Under the pieces are notes generated by a model. That model worked only from the letters and a program-made list of their open reading frames with translations, made no database searches and was not told where the DNA came from. A stretch of 64,000 nt of DNA, from NCBI GenBank assembly GCA_965208675.1, contig OZ242351.1:4576001-4640000 (forward strand), written 5' to 3'. Position numbers and translations under genes: made by a program. Shown piece after piece: positions 9,672-19,781 of the stretch. Source of the stretch: Candidatus Poribacteria bacterium (GTDB lineage: Bacteria; Poribacteria; WGA-4E; PCPOR2b). Every line of letters starts with the position of its first letter. The stretch's first letter is position 1.

Positions 9672-10481
9672 TTACCTTTGCGGCGAATTTTTTATTTCAC
9701 CCCACGTCGTGGTCAAATGCTTTTCAAGATCAACACGTCGCGGGCCAATGTTTGGAATCTGCGGACCAGTAATGGCAATGTCGTCAAGATGAACGGTCAG
9801 GTGACTTTGCGACCAAAACCTTACTGTGCCCGGGCCGGCCTTTACATCGCTATATTGCGTTACGAATTGGTCGTCGAAATAAAATTCAAATGACTCCTCA
9901 TGAGCCACGATTTTGATTGGGATCCATCGATCCCATATGGGTCGTTCGAGATTTTTCCGGCGTATTTCTGCACGGTGAACAAGGCCCATCTGTTGGGGGA
10001 ATCCTGCAGGGGGTTCAACTGGTTGGATAGTCGAGACACTTAACCTCTGGAGGCGGTCGTTGTGTATCAACATGACTTGTAAGTTTTCCAGGCGGATTGA
10101 CCGGCGGGGGTCTACTTCAACCACATCGCCCTCGCTGTATCGGACTTGAATTGAGAAAATTGACGGCGGCTCTAGATTGACGTGTGATTTAAACCTAATT
10201 CGACAGGCCAGCGTATAAGAATCCCAACGTTCCGAATTGCCCGTGTTTAATTTCAGAATTACCGAATGCCGCTGTCCATTGCGAACAGTGTTGATAACCA
10301 AATATCCATTTTCGATTGTCAAAAAATCGTTAACGGGGTGCCATGGCGGCCCCGGAGCAGTTTCAATTTGCCATTGGTCCAGGTTTCCATTGTTGAAATC
10401 TTCCCGAAACACGCCGGCGTGTGCCGCTATGACCGGTAATACCAACAATAACAATGCTATTACTACCCGCGCCGTTTTCAT
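9672..10481 (-). CDS. Secreted ConA-like lectin/glucanase (DUF1080-like) protein with conserved TTWGEIK C-terminal tail
   Basis: Signal peptide; FREDFNNG, WDSYTL, FYFDDQ and HLDDIAIT beta-sandwich pattern; C-terminus VDLEKHLTTTWGEIK; RBS GGGAGG. Confidence 0.7.
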   Translation of the reverse strand: MKTARVVIALLLLVLPVIAAHAGVFREDFNNGNLDQWQIETAPGPPWHPVNDFLTIENGYLVINTVRNGQRHSVILKLNTGNSERWDSYTLACRIRFKSHVNLEPPSIFSIQVRYSEGDVVEVDPRRSIRLENLQVMLIHNDRLQRLSVSTIQPVEPPAGFPQQMGLVHRAEIRRKNLERPIWDRWIPIKIVAHEESFEFYFDDQFVTQYSDVKAGPGTVRFWSQSHLTVHLDDIAITGPQIPNIGPRRVDLEKHLTTTWGEIKNSPQR

Positions 10482-11015
10482 TGGAATTCCTCCCTATTAG
10501 GTGCGTTACCGCGTATTGGCTTGGTGAGTGATGTTGAACTCCGCACGTCACGTGCAGTTTTTTGACTTATTGTCAAATGGCTTCTCAATAGTCAACGGAG
10601 TTCCTAACTCGCTGCACACCTAAACTGGCATCAACGTTAGGTATTTCATGCCGCACCACCTACAATTGTAGGGGATTTTGACCCCATCGTCAATTGCGTT
10701 AACCCCGACAGCGAAAACAAGTCACTTCGGTTGGGAAAGTAGTGCAAACTATATGCCAGCGCAAAAAGACCTTGAATAGTGGGTTGAATGCAATTACCGA
10801 AATTCGTAAGTATCACGGGTAGCCGGCCGCGAGAAAATTCTGGCCAGGGAACATAACCATGGCATTTCTGTATCGTTTTTGCAACAATACGTACATTTTT
10901 GCCACACATCGACCTGTTTTTTTTACAGGACTATCGCTACGAGTAATTTGGGACGAGGGAAACCTACCCGGGTTTTTTTGTATGATTGCCCGCGTGCGCG
11001 GTGGGATTCGGGCGG

Positions 11016-11044
11016 TTGACAGTCGAATGGGGATGTGATAATCT
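11016..11044 (+). promoter_or_regulatory. Sigma70-type promoter upstream of the CotH-ankyrin gene
   Basis: TTGACA, 17 bp spacer, TG-extended TAATCT. Confidence 0.5.
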
Positions 11045-11118
11045 AATTGAATCGCATGTATAGATCGCAGTCGCTAGAAAACTAGTGAAGTCTATCGCAC
11101 TCACTATTCGCTCCTTTG

Positions 11119-11223
11119 ATCGTCGGGTTTCGCTACGCCGTGGAGATTTTGTAACAGAATACGGGTTTGACGGTCACGCGGCATATGTAACATGTTTCAC
11201 GAACCCGCTCTACCCAACCTACA
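11119..11223. repeat. Dispersed intergenic repeat family A, copy 2
   Basis: GTCGGGTTTCGCT ... CGCTCTACCCAACCTACA; colinear with 8251-8354. Confidence 0.7.
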
Positions 11224-11280
11224 GGAATTTAGCCCAACCGAGGAAGATTACAACTGCATTCAGAAAGGGATAGAGTATAG

Positions 11281-13974
11281 ATGAATTTGATGCAATTGCA
11301 ATGCATTATTGGAATTTCAACATCGCTTTCTTTTTGGCTTGCGATAAACAGTGCCGCATTCGGGGGGTTGACGTTGGACGATCTGTTCCCGACCGACCGG
11401 GTGTTGGACGTGCAGATTACCGTTGCGGATAAGGATTGGGATACTATTCGCCATCAGCGGCGTGATTTTCGATCGACATTGCACGAAAGCCGCAGAGAGG
11501 CGCCGATTGATTCGCCCTACACCTATGTCGACGCCAGCGTGACAATTGACGGAGTAACTTTCCCCGAGGTTGGCCTTCGCAAAAAAGGGTTCCTTGGATC
11601 GCTAAACTCGGAACGCCCTTCGCTCAAGATTAGACTCAATCACGTTGACAAAAACGGCGGCATTGAGGGCTTGACCAACCTGACGTTGAACAACAACCAA
11701 CAAGACGCGGGTTTGGTGAGCCAGTTTATCGGGTACGCGCTGTTTAACGCCGCCGGCTCGCCCGCGCCGCGGTGTGCTTTTGCGAGTGTGAACGTGAACG
11801 GCAAAAACTTGGGGGTTTATTCCCATGTTGAAACGATTCGGAGATCGCTGCTGGATCGGGCGTTCGGCAACAGCGACGGGACGCTTTATGAAGGCCCTTA
11901 CGTGGATTTTTACGAAGGATGGGAAGGCAGTTTCGAGCACAAGACGGGGGATGATTCGGTCGGACGAGCGCGTATCGGCAACCTCATCAGGGTACTAATG
12001 GGCGATGACGAAGGTATTGACCGGGCGATTGGCGAGTACGTCCATCTCGATTCGTTCTTCACGTATTGGGCATTGGAAGGGTTGCTCGGTTTTTGGGACG
12101 GATACTCCGGCAACAGCAACAACTATTTCATTTATCTGAACCCCGCGACCGACAGGTTTCACTTTATACCGTGGGGTGCAGATTCACTATTCGTCAAACA
12201 CAGCAAGCTAGAGCATGACCGACGCGCCCCAATTTCTGTCAAGACACAGGGGTTGATGACCCACAAGCTGTATCAACTCGAGTCTGCGCGAAAACGTTAC
12301 GCCGAAACGCTTACGGCAATTATGGACAAACATTGGAATGAAGCGGAGTTGCTTGCGGAACTGGATCGGATTGAAACCATGGTCACGCCGCATCTGATTG
12401 AGTCCCAGCGCTTCTTTTACGATGACGACAAACAAGAGGAGGGAGTCTACACATACGCTCAAGCATTGGACGAAACGCGAGATTTCATCCGCCGCCGCCG
12501 TACGGAGATAGGCGAGGAGACTGCGGACGGAATGCCGGAGTGGCGCGCAGCGCCAAAGGAACTATTTGTCATTGATGACGACGACATGTTCAAACCGAAA
12601 CCCGATTCGATTTGGCATGCGGTGCACACCGGAAACACGGCAGCCATTAAGCGGTACCTAGCTGACGGCGTAGATGTTAATACTAAAGATGGCAAATTTG
12701 GGGTGACACCGTTGGCGTGGGCGGTACTTGGGCGGCAGATTGACGCGGTCGAATTGCTCATCCTGAAAGGCGCCGATATCAATGCAAAAAATAACGACAG
12801 CTTCACACCATTGCATACGGCTGCATTTCTCGGTGAATACGAAATTGCTCAATTATTAGTAAATAACGGCGCTGACGTCAACGCCACGAATGAAGATGGC
12901 GATGCACCGATGGACAGCTTGGAACTGGATTGGGAAACAACCGAAGCTATTGCCGAATGGATACAAATTGAAGTTGACCGCGCGAGTGTTGGACGGGGCA
13001 GGACTAGAATCGCAGCACTGTTAAGGCAGCACGGTGCCCGAGCCGCTAACCCGAATCGTGATGCCATCTGCGATGCGGCTAGGACTGGAAACATGGAAAA
13101 GATTGAGGCGCATTTAGCTGAAGGGGGTGCGAATCCTGATGCCGGAGACAGAAAATTTGGGGTGACACCTTTGTGTTGGGCGGCACTGGGCGGCCACACG
13201 GGAATCGTTGAACTTCTCATTCAGCACGGGGCGTCCGTGGATGTCAGAAATCGAGACGGAGCAACGGCGTTGCACGGCGCGGCTTTTCTGGGGCGGATCA
13301 AGGCAGCGGAACTATTACTCAAAAGTGGAGCGGAACCGGATGCACGAAATCACCGAGGCGAGACACCGATGAACGGTTTGAATACCGATTGGGAGACTAC
13401 GCAATTTCTCGCTGGCCTGTTAAGTGTTGAGATAGACCGGGAAAGCGTTGAGCGCGGCAGGGCTCAGGTTGAGGCGTTACTCCGACAGCACGGGGCTGGC
13501 AGCGCAAACCGCACTATTGACGAACTATACGGCGCGGCTAGGAACGGGAACATTGATGCTGTTAAGAGATATTTGGCCGATAGCGTAGATATCAACGCGG
13601 GAGATACCAAATACGGGGTGACACCGTTGTGCTGGGCGGCATTTAGCGGCCACACAGAAATAATTGAACTCCTTATTGAGAACGGCGCCGATGTGAACGC
13701 CAAGAATCGAGATGCCGGAACTGCGCTACACGGCGCCGCATTTCTCGGAAAAGCTGAGGTCGCAGCACTATTGATTCAGAATGGTGCTGACACACATGCC
13801 AAGCATGAGAGCGGCGACACACCGATGGATAGCGCGAACGTCGACTGGGGAACTACCCAGTTTATTGCCAGCCTGTTGGAGATTGAGGTTGATCGCGAAG
13901 CGGTTGAGCGCGGCAGGGAGAGGGTGGTTGATATTCTTCGCGATCACAACGCCAAACGCGGTAGAAAAGAGTAG
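11281..13974 (+). CDS. CotH kinase family protein fused to three ankyrin-repeat modules
   Basis: CotH motifs GLRKKG, PSLKI, PAPRC, GVYSHVE, WDGY..NSNNYFIY and FIPWGAD; ankyrin motifs GVTPLxWAA, GADVNA and TALHGAAFLG repeated in three blocks. Confidence 0.85.
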   Translation: MNLMQLQCIIGISTSLSFWLAINSAAFGGLTLDDLFPTDRVLDVQITVADKDWDTIRHQRRDFRSTLHESRREAPIDSPYTYVDASVTIDGVTFPEVGLRKKGFLGSLNSERPSLKIRLNHVDKNGGIEGLTNLTLNNNQQDAGLVSQFIGYALFNAAGSPAPRCAFASVNVNGKNLGVYSHVETIRRSLLDRAFGNSDGTLYEGPYVDFYEGWEGSFEHKTGDDSVGRARIGNLIRVLMGDDEGIDRAIGEYVHLDSFFTYWALEGLLGFWDGYSGNSNNYFIYLNPATDRFHFIPWGADSLFVKHSKLEHDRRAPISVKTQGLMTHKLYQLESARKRYAETLTAIMDKHWNEAELLAELDRIETMVTPHLIESQRFFYDDDKQEEGVYTYAQALDETRDFIRRRRTEIGEETADGMPEWRAAPKELFVIDDDDMFKPKPDSIWHAVHTGNTAAIKRYLADGVDVNTKDGKFGVTPLAWAVLGRQIDAVELLILKGADINAKNNDSFTPLHTAAFLGEYEIAQLLVNNGADVNATNEDGDAPMDSLELDWETTEAIAEWIQIEVDRASVGRGRTRIAALLRQHGARAANPNRDAICDAARTGNMEKIEAHLAEGGANPDAGDRKFGVTPLCWAALGGHTGIVELLIQHGASVDVRNRDGATALHGAAFLGRIKAAELLLKSGAEPDARNHRGETPMNGLNTDWETTQFLAGLLSVEIDRESVERGRAQVEALLRQHGAGSANRTIDELYGAARNGNIDAVKRYLADSVDINAGDTKYGVTPLCWAAFSGHTEIIELLIENGADVNAKNRDAGTALHGAAFLGKAEVAALLIQNGADTHAKHESGDTPMDSANVDWGTTQFIASLLEIEVDREAVERGRERVVDILRDHNAKRGRKE

Positions 13975-14024
13975 GCGCAGGGCGCGTTAGTCCCGCAGCG
14001 GATGCGCTCTATGTCCGTCTGTTA

Positions 14025-14792
14025 CTATGACCGATACGCATTTGTTGTGCTAAGGAAGTCACGCACGCTCGGCGGGACGAGGCTATCGATTGAATCACCC
14101 CGTGCAATTTGTGTACGGATTTGGGTCGAAGATAGTTCGGCATAGAAACAGGGCAACTCAATCATGTCTATATTCTCAGCGAAGGCACGAATTTCCGGCT
14201 GCTCTAGGAATTTGTTCACTGCGTCCGCATTCTCACTCTCACGGTTGGCGACAATTAGGCGGCATCGATCGAAGAGGAACTCCAGCGCTGTACTCATATC
14301 GGTGTAATATTTGGGGTCGAAGATTCGTACGAACGTGTCGTAACCGACGATGAACGAGAAATAAGTGTTGGGCGGATAGACAGCCTCCAACACACGAAGT
14401 TTCTCAATGAACCGACCGTGGCTACAGGCAGCCACCGAAACATCTTCTCGGCTGACGGCATACAGCTTGAGCATCAACAGGCGATCCGCCAGAGACAGCC
14501 CAAACACATTTTTATCGACGTTCGCCTTCGCTAAGAGCAAGACCGTTTCCTGCAGATTGAAATTGGCGGCGGCGGTTGCGATCATTTTGGCGTGGGCTAC
14601 AGTGAGCGGATTAAATGAGCCTGAAAAGATGCCGAGTTTGCTCCCGCCCGCCACGATGCGTTTTGAGGCGCGGTGCACCCAGCGCACTTGCGGTTCGCCG
14701 TGATGTTGGAGTTGGCCGAGGAGTTTTTTAAGACGGTTGTATTCATAGGCGTAATCTGCGTATTGCGCGAGACTCACAGTTAACTCCGTCAA
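14025..14792 (-). CDS. nadD: Nicotinate/nicotinamide mononucleotide adenylyltransferase (NadD-like)
   Basis: GSFNPLTVAH (T/HxGH-like), DRLLML, FIVGYD and LSSTQIR...SLVP motifs. Confidence 0.75.
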   Translation of the reverse strand: MTELTVSLAQYADYAYEYNRLKKLLGQLQHHGEPQVRWVHRASKRIVAGGSKLGIFSGSFNPLTVAHAKMIATAAANFNLQETVLLLAKANVDKNVFGLSLADRLLMLKLYAVSREDVSVAACSHGRFIEKLRVLEAVYPPNTYFSFIVGYDTFVRIFDPKYYTDMSTALEFLFDRCRLIVANRESENADAVNKFLEQPEIRAFAENIDMIELPCFYAELSSTQIRTQIARGDSIDSLVPPSVRDFLSTTNAYRS

Positions 14793-14860
14793 ATCGGAAT
14801 CGATATTAGATGATTATTCCGGGGCGGTGTTGCTCTTTTCCAGCCGAATTTTCGTACGGC

Positions 14861-17575
14861 TCACGCTTTGCGTTTAGCGGGTTTATGAAGGATTAACTGC
14901 GTGCTATCTTCGCGCGCCAGAATTTCGAAGAACCGTTTGGCGGCAGGATAATCTTCGGGGGAAATGACTCGATTCACGAGCGTGAACTGGAGGATATAGC
15001 GAATCTCACGCCCTTCCAACTCGTAACGTCGATCCATACTAGCAAAGCTATGCTCCACCCGGAGGTTTTCCGGGAGGATAGCTGACCATCCCTGCGGCAA
15101 GGCAATACGCACGGTCTTCTGCATTTCAAACGGATAGCTAAACTCGAGCGGATGGCTTCGTTTACTCGCCGCAAAGAGTTCAGCATAATCCGTGAACTCG
15201 CCGCTCGGCAACGGAAAGAGCAGCGTTCCGTTGATCTGCTTAACATATTCTTCGACGGCAAAATCGATTTCGACCTCAACCGGCAGGTTGAGATTGTTGA
15301 GATCGGACATTGCCACACGATTAACCACGACACCGGGAAACTGCGTGCTGAGTTCCCCCGCAAAGGTATCCTTCAAGGCGTTAGGGTGGACGGGGCTATA
15401 GTGCAAGCGGTTTTCGATGTTGTATTGACCGCTAGTTTCGACGTGCATCTTGCCGTGAAGTTCGCCATTTTCACTTAAACTGAGTTCCGTATTTACAATG
15501 AGTTTGTTGGATTCGGGGGGAAAAGTGGGAATATCAACGAATTCGCCTCTGGTTTCTCCGATTATGAAGCCTTTGCGCCCTTGATCGCTCGCAGGTAAAT
15601 CTCCGAAACTACAGACTTCCGATGTTGCGTCCAGCCAGATATAGCTGCCGCCATCTTCCGGAACTGCGGCGATGACGTGACTGAACTGGCCGAGCGACGG
15701 GATTTCATCATCAATCCGCTCATAGGGCGTCGGATTAAGCAGCACCGGAAACGCCTTCATGCCGATGATATTGAGCATGGAAATTAACAGTGTGGTTTTA
15801 TCCTTGCAATCTCCGTACCGCATTTGAAACACTTGACTCGCGGGTGACGGCTGATAGGCGCCTTGCCCCAACTCGATACCGACGTACCGAATCTGCGACG
15901 CGACCAGATGATATAGCGCCTGGATTTTTTCTGATGGTGCTGTAAGACCGGCTGTAACAGCGTGCACGGCTTTTACGATGTTGCCATCGGCATCGTACCG
16001 ATCCTTTGCGAGGTCTTTGTACCAATTGTAGACGACGTCCCACGACTTCACCGAAGAGTAGGTGAGACGCGGCACGATATCTTTTGTTGGCGGCATACCC
16101 ACTTCTTCCACAAGCCCCGGCGTTTCGCCATAGTTCCAGATGTAGGTGCTTGCTTCATCTTCATGAGCCACTTGCGGATCGAGTTGGCAATTTACGGCTT
16201 TCCACCGAAAGTGGGTATCGTTAGGGATACGCAGCGCATAGGTGGACCGTAGCGTTACGTGCGACGCTTGAAAATTGAAATCCCCCCAAAACCATGTTTC
16301 GTTTTCCGCTGTTTGTGTGCCGGTGTCTTCAAGCGTGACCTGAAATTCGATGCACACGCCGGGTTTGAGTGCGGGCATCGAGATTACTTTCCACATGGCA
16401 TCCGAATAGAGATTGTAGGAGAGCAACCCCGGCGGGGTCACATCGTTGTAAGCTTCATCGAGCGGTTCAACCACCGATCCATCCGGTAAAATTGTGCGTG
16501 CAATATTGATGGAGATGTACTGCGCCAACGGGTTGTAAGGGATAGCGATGTCATCATATTCCTGCCTGCCTCTTTCCGTCAGGATTTTGACCACTTGATG
16601 CGAAGTGTATCGGGATTTACCCGTAGGTAACACGTCATGGCTGAACTGGTTGAGCAAGAGGATTACGTCAGCGGCGGGGTAAACTGCTGCGTCCGGAGCA
16701 CCCGCGATGATTGCGTCAATGTCGGTGTGGATGAGTTCCACCGGGGGTACGTCAGTCGTCGTATAAGCAGGTGAATTAAGCTGGGATAGGGCTTGGAGCC
16801 GCGCTGGCGCGAGTAGATTGTCCGGTTCGACGCGCAGAATTTCGTAATATTGGAGTTCTGCCTCGTAGTAACGCGCTTCGTCCTCATAGATTGAAGCGAG
16901 TTGTTGGCGCGCCCACACGTCGCCGGGAAAAAGGCGAATTGACTCTCGAAACTCGGCGATGGCTTCACCGATCTCGCCCTGTTCGAGGTAAATCAACGCA
17001 AGGTAGTTATGTGTATTTTTGCTCTCTGACCGCTCAGATTTCGGGTCGATTTCCAACGCACGGCGTAGAACGGTTTCTGCCTCATCTAGGCGATGAAGTT
17101 GTTTATAAGCCAATCCTAGGTGGTTAAGCGTGTACAAATTGCGGGGGTCAAGTTTCAATGCAGCTTCATACGCTTTTGCGGCAGCTTTGTAGTTGTTAAG
17201 ATTCTCGTGGACATATCCGAGATAATTTCGCGCGATGACGTTTTTCGGGTCGAGTTTTAACAGCGTCACAAAGGCGTCGCGCGCTTTTTCGTATTCCTGA
17301 CGTTGAAAGTGGATTTCTGCAATTTTAAGCTGCGGCGCGCTCGACCTCGGTTTGATTGCCATCGCCGCGCGATAGGCTTCGATTGCGCGATCGAAGTCTC
17401 GATTTTGGAACGCCCAGTTTCCACTGTCAATCTGTTTCTGCCATTGTCGATTCCGATCGACGATTGGATCGACAATTTCCACTTCAGACGACCGGTTCCG
17501 CGAGAAAAAGGCGCATCCACCAAGCACTAGGGCAAACATGACAACAGCTACGTACTTCAACCATGGAATAATCAT
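14861..17575 (-). CDS. Lipoprotein with TPR repeats, DUF3857 and transglutaminase-like domains
   Basis: Lipobox LGGC; N-terminal TPRs; IRYVGIELG, GDCKDK (catalytic Cys), FSHVI and WLDAT motifs. Confidence 0.85.
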   Translation of the reverse strand: MIIPWLKYVAVVMFALVLGGCAFFSRNRSSEVEIVDPIVDRNRQWQKQIDSGNWAFQNRDFDRAIEAYRAAMAIKPRSSAPQLKIAEIHFQRQEYEKARDAFVTLLKLDPKNVIARNYLGYVHENLNNYKAAAKAYEAALKLDPRNLYTLNHLGLAYKQLHRLDEAETVLRRALEIDPKSERSESKNTHNYLALIYLEQGEIGEAIAEFRESIRLFPGDVWARQQLASIYEDEARYYEAELQYYEILRVEPDNLLAPARLQALSQLNSPAYTTTDVPPVELIHTDIDAIIAGAPDAAVYPAADVILLLNQFSHDVLPTGKSRYTSHQVVKILTERGRQEYDDIAIPYNPLAQYISINIARTILPDGSVVEPLDEAYNDVTPPGLLSYNLYSDAMWKVISMPALKPGVCIEFQVTLEDTGTQTAENETWFWGDFNFQASHVTLRSTYALRIPNDTHFRWKAVNCQLDPQVAHEDEASTYIWNYGETPGLVEEVGMPPTKDIVPRLTYSSVKSWDVVYNWYKDLAKDRYDADGNIVKAVHAVTAGLTAPSEKIQALYHLVASQIRYVGIELGQGAYQPSPASQVFQMRYGDCKDKTTLLISMLNIIGMKAFPVLLNPTPYERIDDEIPSLGQFSHVIAAVPEDGGSYIWLDATSEVCSFGDLPASDQGRKGFIIGETRGEFVDIPTFPPESNKLIVNTELSLSENGELHGKMHVETSGQYNIENRLHYSPVHPNALKDTFAGELSTQFPGVVVNRVAMSDLNNLNLPVEVEIDFAVEEYVKQINGTLLFPLPSGEFTDYAELFAASKRSHPLEFSYPFEMQKTVRIALPQGWSAILPENLRVEHSFASMDRRYELEGREIRYILQFTLVNRVISPEDYPAAKRFFEILAREDSTQLILHKPAKRKA

Positions 17576-19509
17576 TGCATTTTCCCTTCCGCTTGGACTT
17601 GTTTCTGCCTAGCTGCTTGAATCGATTCAAGCCCCTTTAGGAGCTTGGGGTTATCAGGCATTAATTCTAGCGCCTTTTGGATGGCTTCCTCCGCATTCGC
17701 ATAGTCATTGTTTCGGAAATACAACCAAGATAACGTGTTGAGGTAGCTCGCCGAGTTGGGTTGGATTTCGACCGCCTTTTGAACCAACTCGAGTGCCTCG
17801 TCGAGGCGGGAATTCTGCGCCGCATAGAGTTGCGCTAACCGTTCGTACGCCTTGTCATAGGCTGGATTCAGAGATATACACTTCTGAAACGCACCCTCCG
17901 CCGCGTCGAATTGGTTGCGTTTAATATGGATTGTGCCGAGGAAGTAGTACGTCTCAGCCATGTCGGGTTGAAGTTTTACGGCGGTGCTCAGATAGTCGGC
18001 GGCTTCATCCAGACGCTCCTGCCACAGGGCGATTAACCCTAACATGTGATGAGGTTCGGCGAGCTCCGGGTTTCGATTGATTGCCTCCCGATAGTGGTTT
18101 GCCGCCTGTTCAGGTTTATTCTGACCTAAGTAGACTCGTGCCATACCGTGGTGGACACGCGCATCATCAGGCATGAGACCAAGCAATTTTTCGTACACAG
18201 CAAGCGCATCGTGCAGGAGGGAGAGTTTAAACGAAATGGTACCGATGTTCAGCCACACTTCGCCGTTATCCGGTTCAAACTCAACGGCTCTGCGAAAGGC
18301 TGAGAGGGCGTTTTGGTAATCCACGTTGTTTTCAGATTTTTGCGCCTTGGCAAACCAAACAGACCCGAGGTCGATATATGAGGCGGCGGAATTCGGTCTT
18401 AGTTCGACGGCGCGGTTTTGGGCTTCCAGTGCATCGTCGAACCGCTCCAGCATGGTATAGATGTGGCTAAGTCCGCTGTAGGCTTCTGCGTTATTCGAAT
18501 CGTGCCAGAGCGATTTATTGAATTGCTGTATCGCTGCTTCATACTTCTTATCCTTGATGAATTTCCAACCGAGGTTTGACAATGTGACGGCTTTTCCAGT
18601 TCCTTGAGGCGCCCGCAACATGTCGACTTCGTCGGCTAGTTCTGCTTTGAGGCGCCGAAATTTTTCCATCGCCTTTTTTGCCTCGGTGTTTTTCCCTTGC
18701 CTGAAATACAGCAGTGCCAATCGGTAGTGGGTGCTAGCGAGTTGCGGATTCACGCGGATTGCATTTCGAAACGACCTTTCCGCATTTTCTTCACCCCCGA
18801 TTCGAAGACGCGCCACTCCAAGCCAGAAATGCGCCTCTGCGAGCGGAGGCCCCAGACGAATCGCCTGCTCAAAGTATTCGATAGCCGAGTCAACTAAGTT
18901 TCGCTCGAAGGCGGCGCGCCCAAGGAAGTAACTTACACCTGCTAACGATAGCGGGGTAAGTTTGTAGGTTTGGCTACCCCCCTGTAATATGGGCGTTTTT
19001 GCTAGCCGAGCATCTTGTGCGTTCAACGCTTTCATCAGCGCAAAACCCTTTTTTAATGCTTCGTCGGCTGCATCATAGTTTTGCTGCCGAAAATGAACGA
19101 CGCCTAACTGTGCATACGCTTGACCCCAATCGGGGAAGCGGCGCACGGTATTCTCGAACACTTCTCGGGATTTATCGTAGAGTTTCTGTATGAGAAATCC
19201 GCCGCCTAGACAGTAGTAGGCAACAGGATGGGTGTCATCGAGGGTTAATGCCTTCTCGAACGATTCGACGGCAAGATCGGCTGCGCCAAGCGAAAGATAC
19301 GCTAGTCCGAGATTTAAGTGCGCCTCTGCAGATGTCGGATCTTCTTCGAGAATCTTCCGATACGCTTCGACAGTTGCGACCATATCCGTGGACGAAACCA
19401 TTTGCGCACAAATTTTTCCGCACAGCGTTACCGTCAGTAATATGACTGATGTAGAAAGTATAGTTCTACAACTTGAACCATATCGGGAAGGGAATTTAAT
19501 TCGTATCAA
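17572..19509 (-). CDS. Tetratricopeptide repeat protein
   Basis: Many TPR units (AHLNLGLAY, AYAQLG, AHFWLG, YLNTLSWLY); overlaps the next gene by 4 bp. Confidence 0.9.
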   Translation of the reverse strand: MIRIKFPSRYGSSCRTILSTSVILLTVTLCGKICAQMVSSTDMVATVEAYRKILEEDPTSAEAHLNLGLAYLSLGAADLAVESFEKALTLDDTHPVAYYCLGGGFLIQKLYDKSREVFENTVRRFPDWGQAYAQLGVVHFRQQNYDAADEALKKGFALMKALNAQDARLAKTPILQGGSQTYKLTPLSLAGVSYFLGRAAFERNLVDSAIEYFEQAIRLGPPLAEAHFWLGVARLRIGGEENAERSFRNAIRVNPQLASTHYRLALLYFRQGKNTEAKKAMEKFRRLKAELADEVDMLRAPQGTGKAVTLSNLGWKFIKDKKYEAAIQQFNKSLWHDSNNAEAYSGLSHIYTMLERFDDALEAQNRAVELRPNSAASYIDLGSVWFAKAQKSENNVDYQNALSAFRRAVEFEPDNGEVWLNIGTISFKLSLLHDALAVYEKLLGLMPDDARVHHGMARVYLGQNKPEQAANHYREAINRNPELAEPHHMLGLIALWQERLDEAADYLSTAVKLQPDMAETYYFLGTIHIKRNQFDAAEGAFQKCISLNPAYDKAYERLAQLYAAQNSRLDEALELVQKAVEIQPNSASYLNTLSWLYFRNNDYANAEEAIQKALELMPDNPKLLKGLESIQAARQKQVQAEGKMQ

Positions 19510-19650
19510 TATTTACGCCCTCACATGGGGTCATCAGAAAATTAAACAGTATCGGTATTGTACATGAATACGCCGAGCGTGTCAAGATCAGAGTATTTGA
19601 TACCCATTTTGTATAGGCGCCGCATCGCGTGCACGATTGACAGATTTGTA

Positions 19651-19679
19651 TTGCAAAGGGCGGCGTTAGTCCGTATAAT
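19651..19679 (+). promoter_or_regulatory. Sigma70-type promoter
   Basis: TTGCAA, 17 bp spacer, TATAAT, upstream of the CRTAC1-family gene. Confidence 0.6.
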
Positions 19680-19781
19680 ACCGGTGTTGGCGGCGTCTTA
19701 TTCAATAATCCGCGACGGTGCCAGTGTGTCCGGTGTGATTCGCCGCACTACTGCCTTTCAATACAGATTGGGGACGGTCAT

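Noticed and set aside
10646-10980. 87 aa ORF and weak hairpin plus T-run near 10960-10979
   Set aside because: No recognisable motifs or RBS, and the stem is too short to call a terminator.
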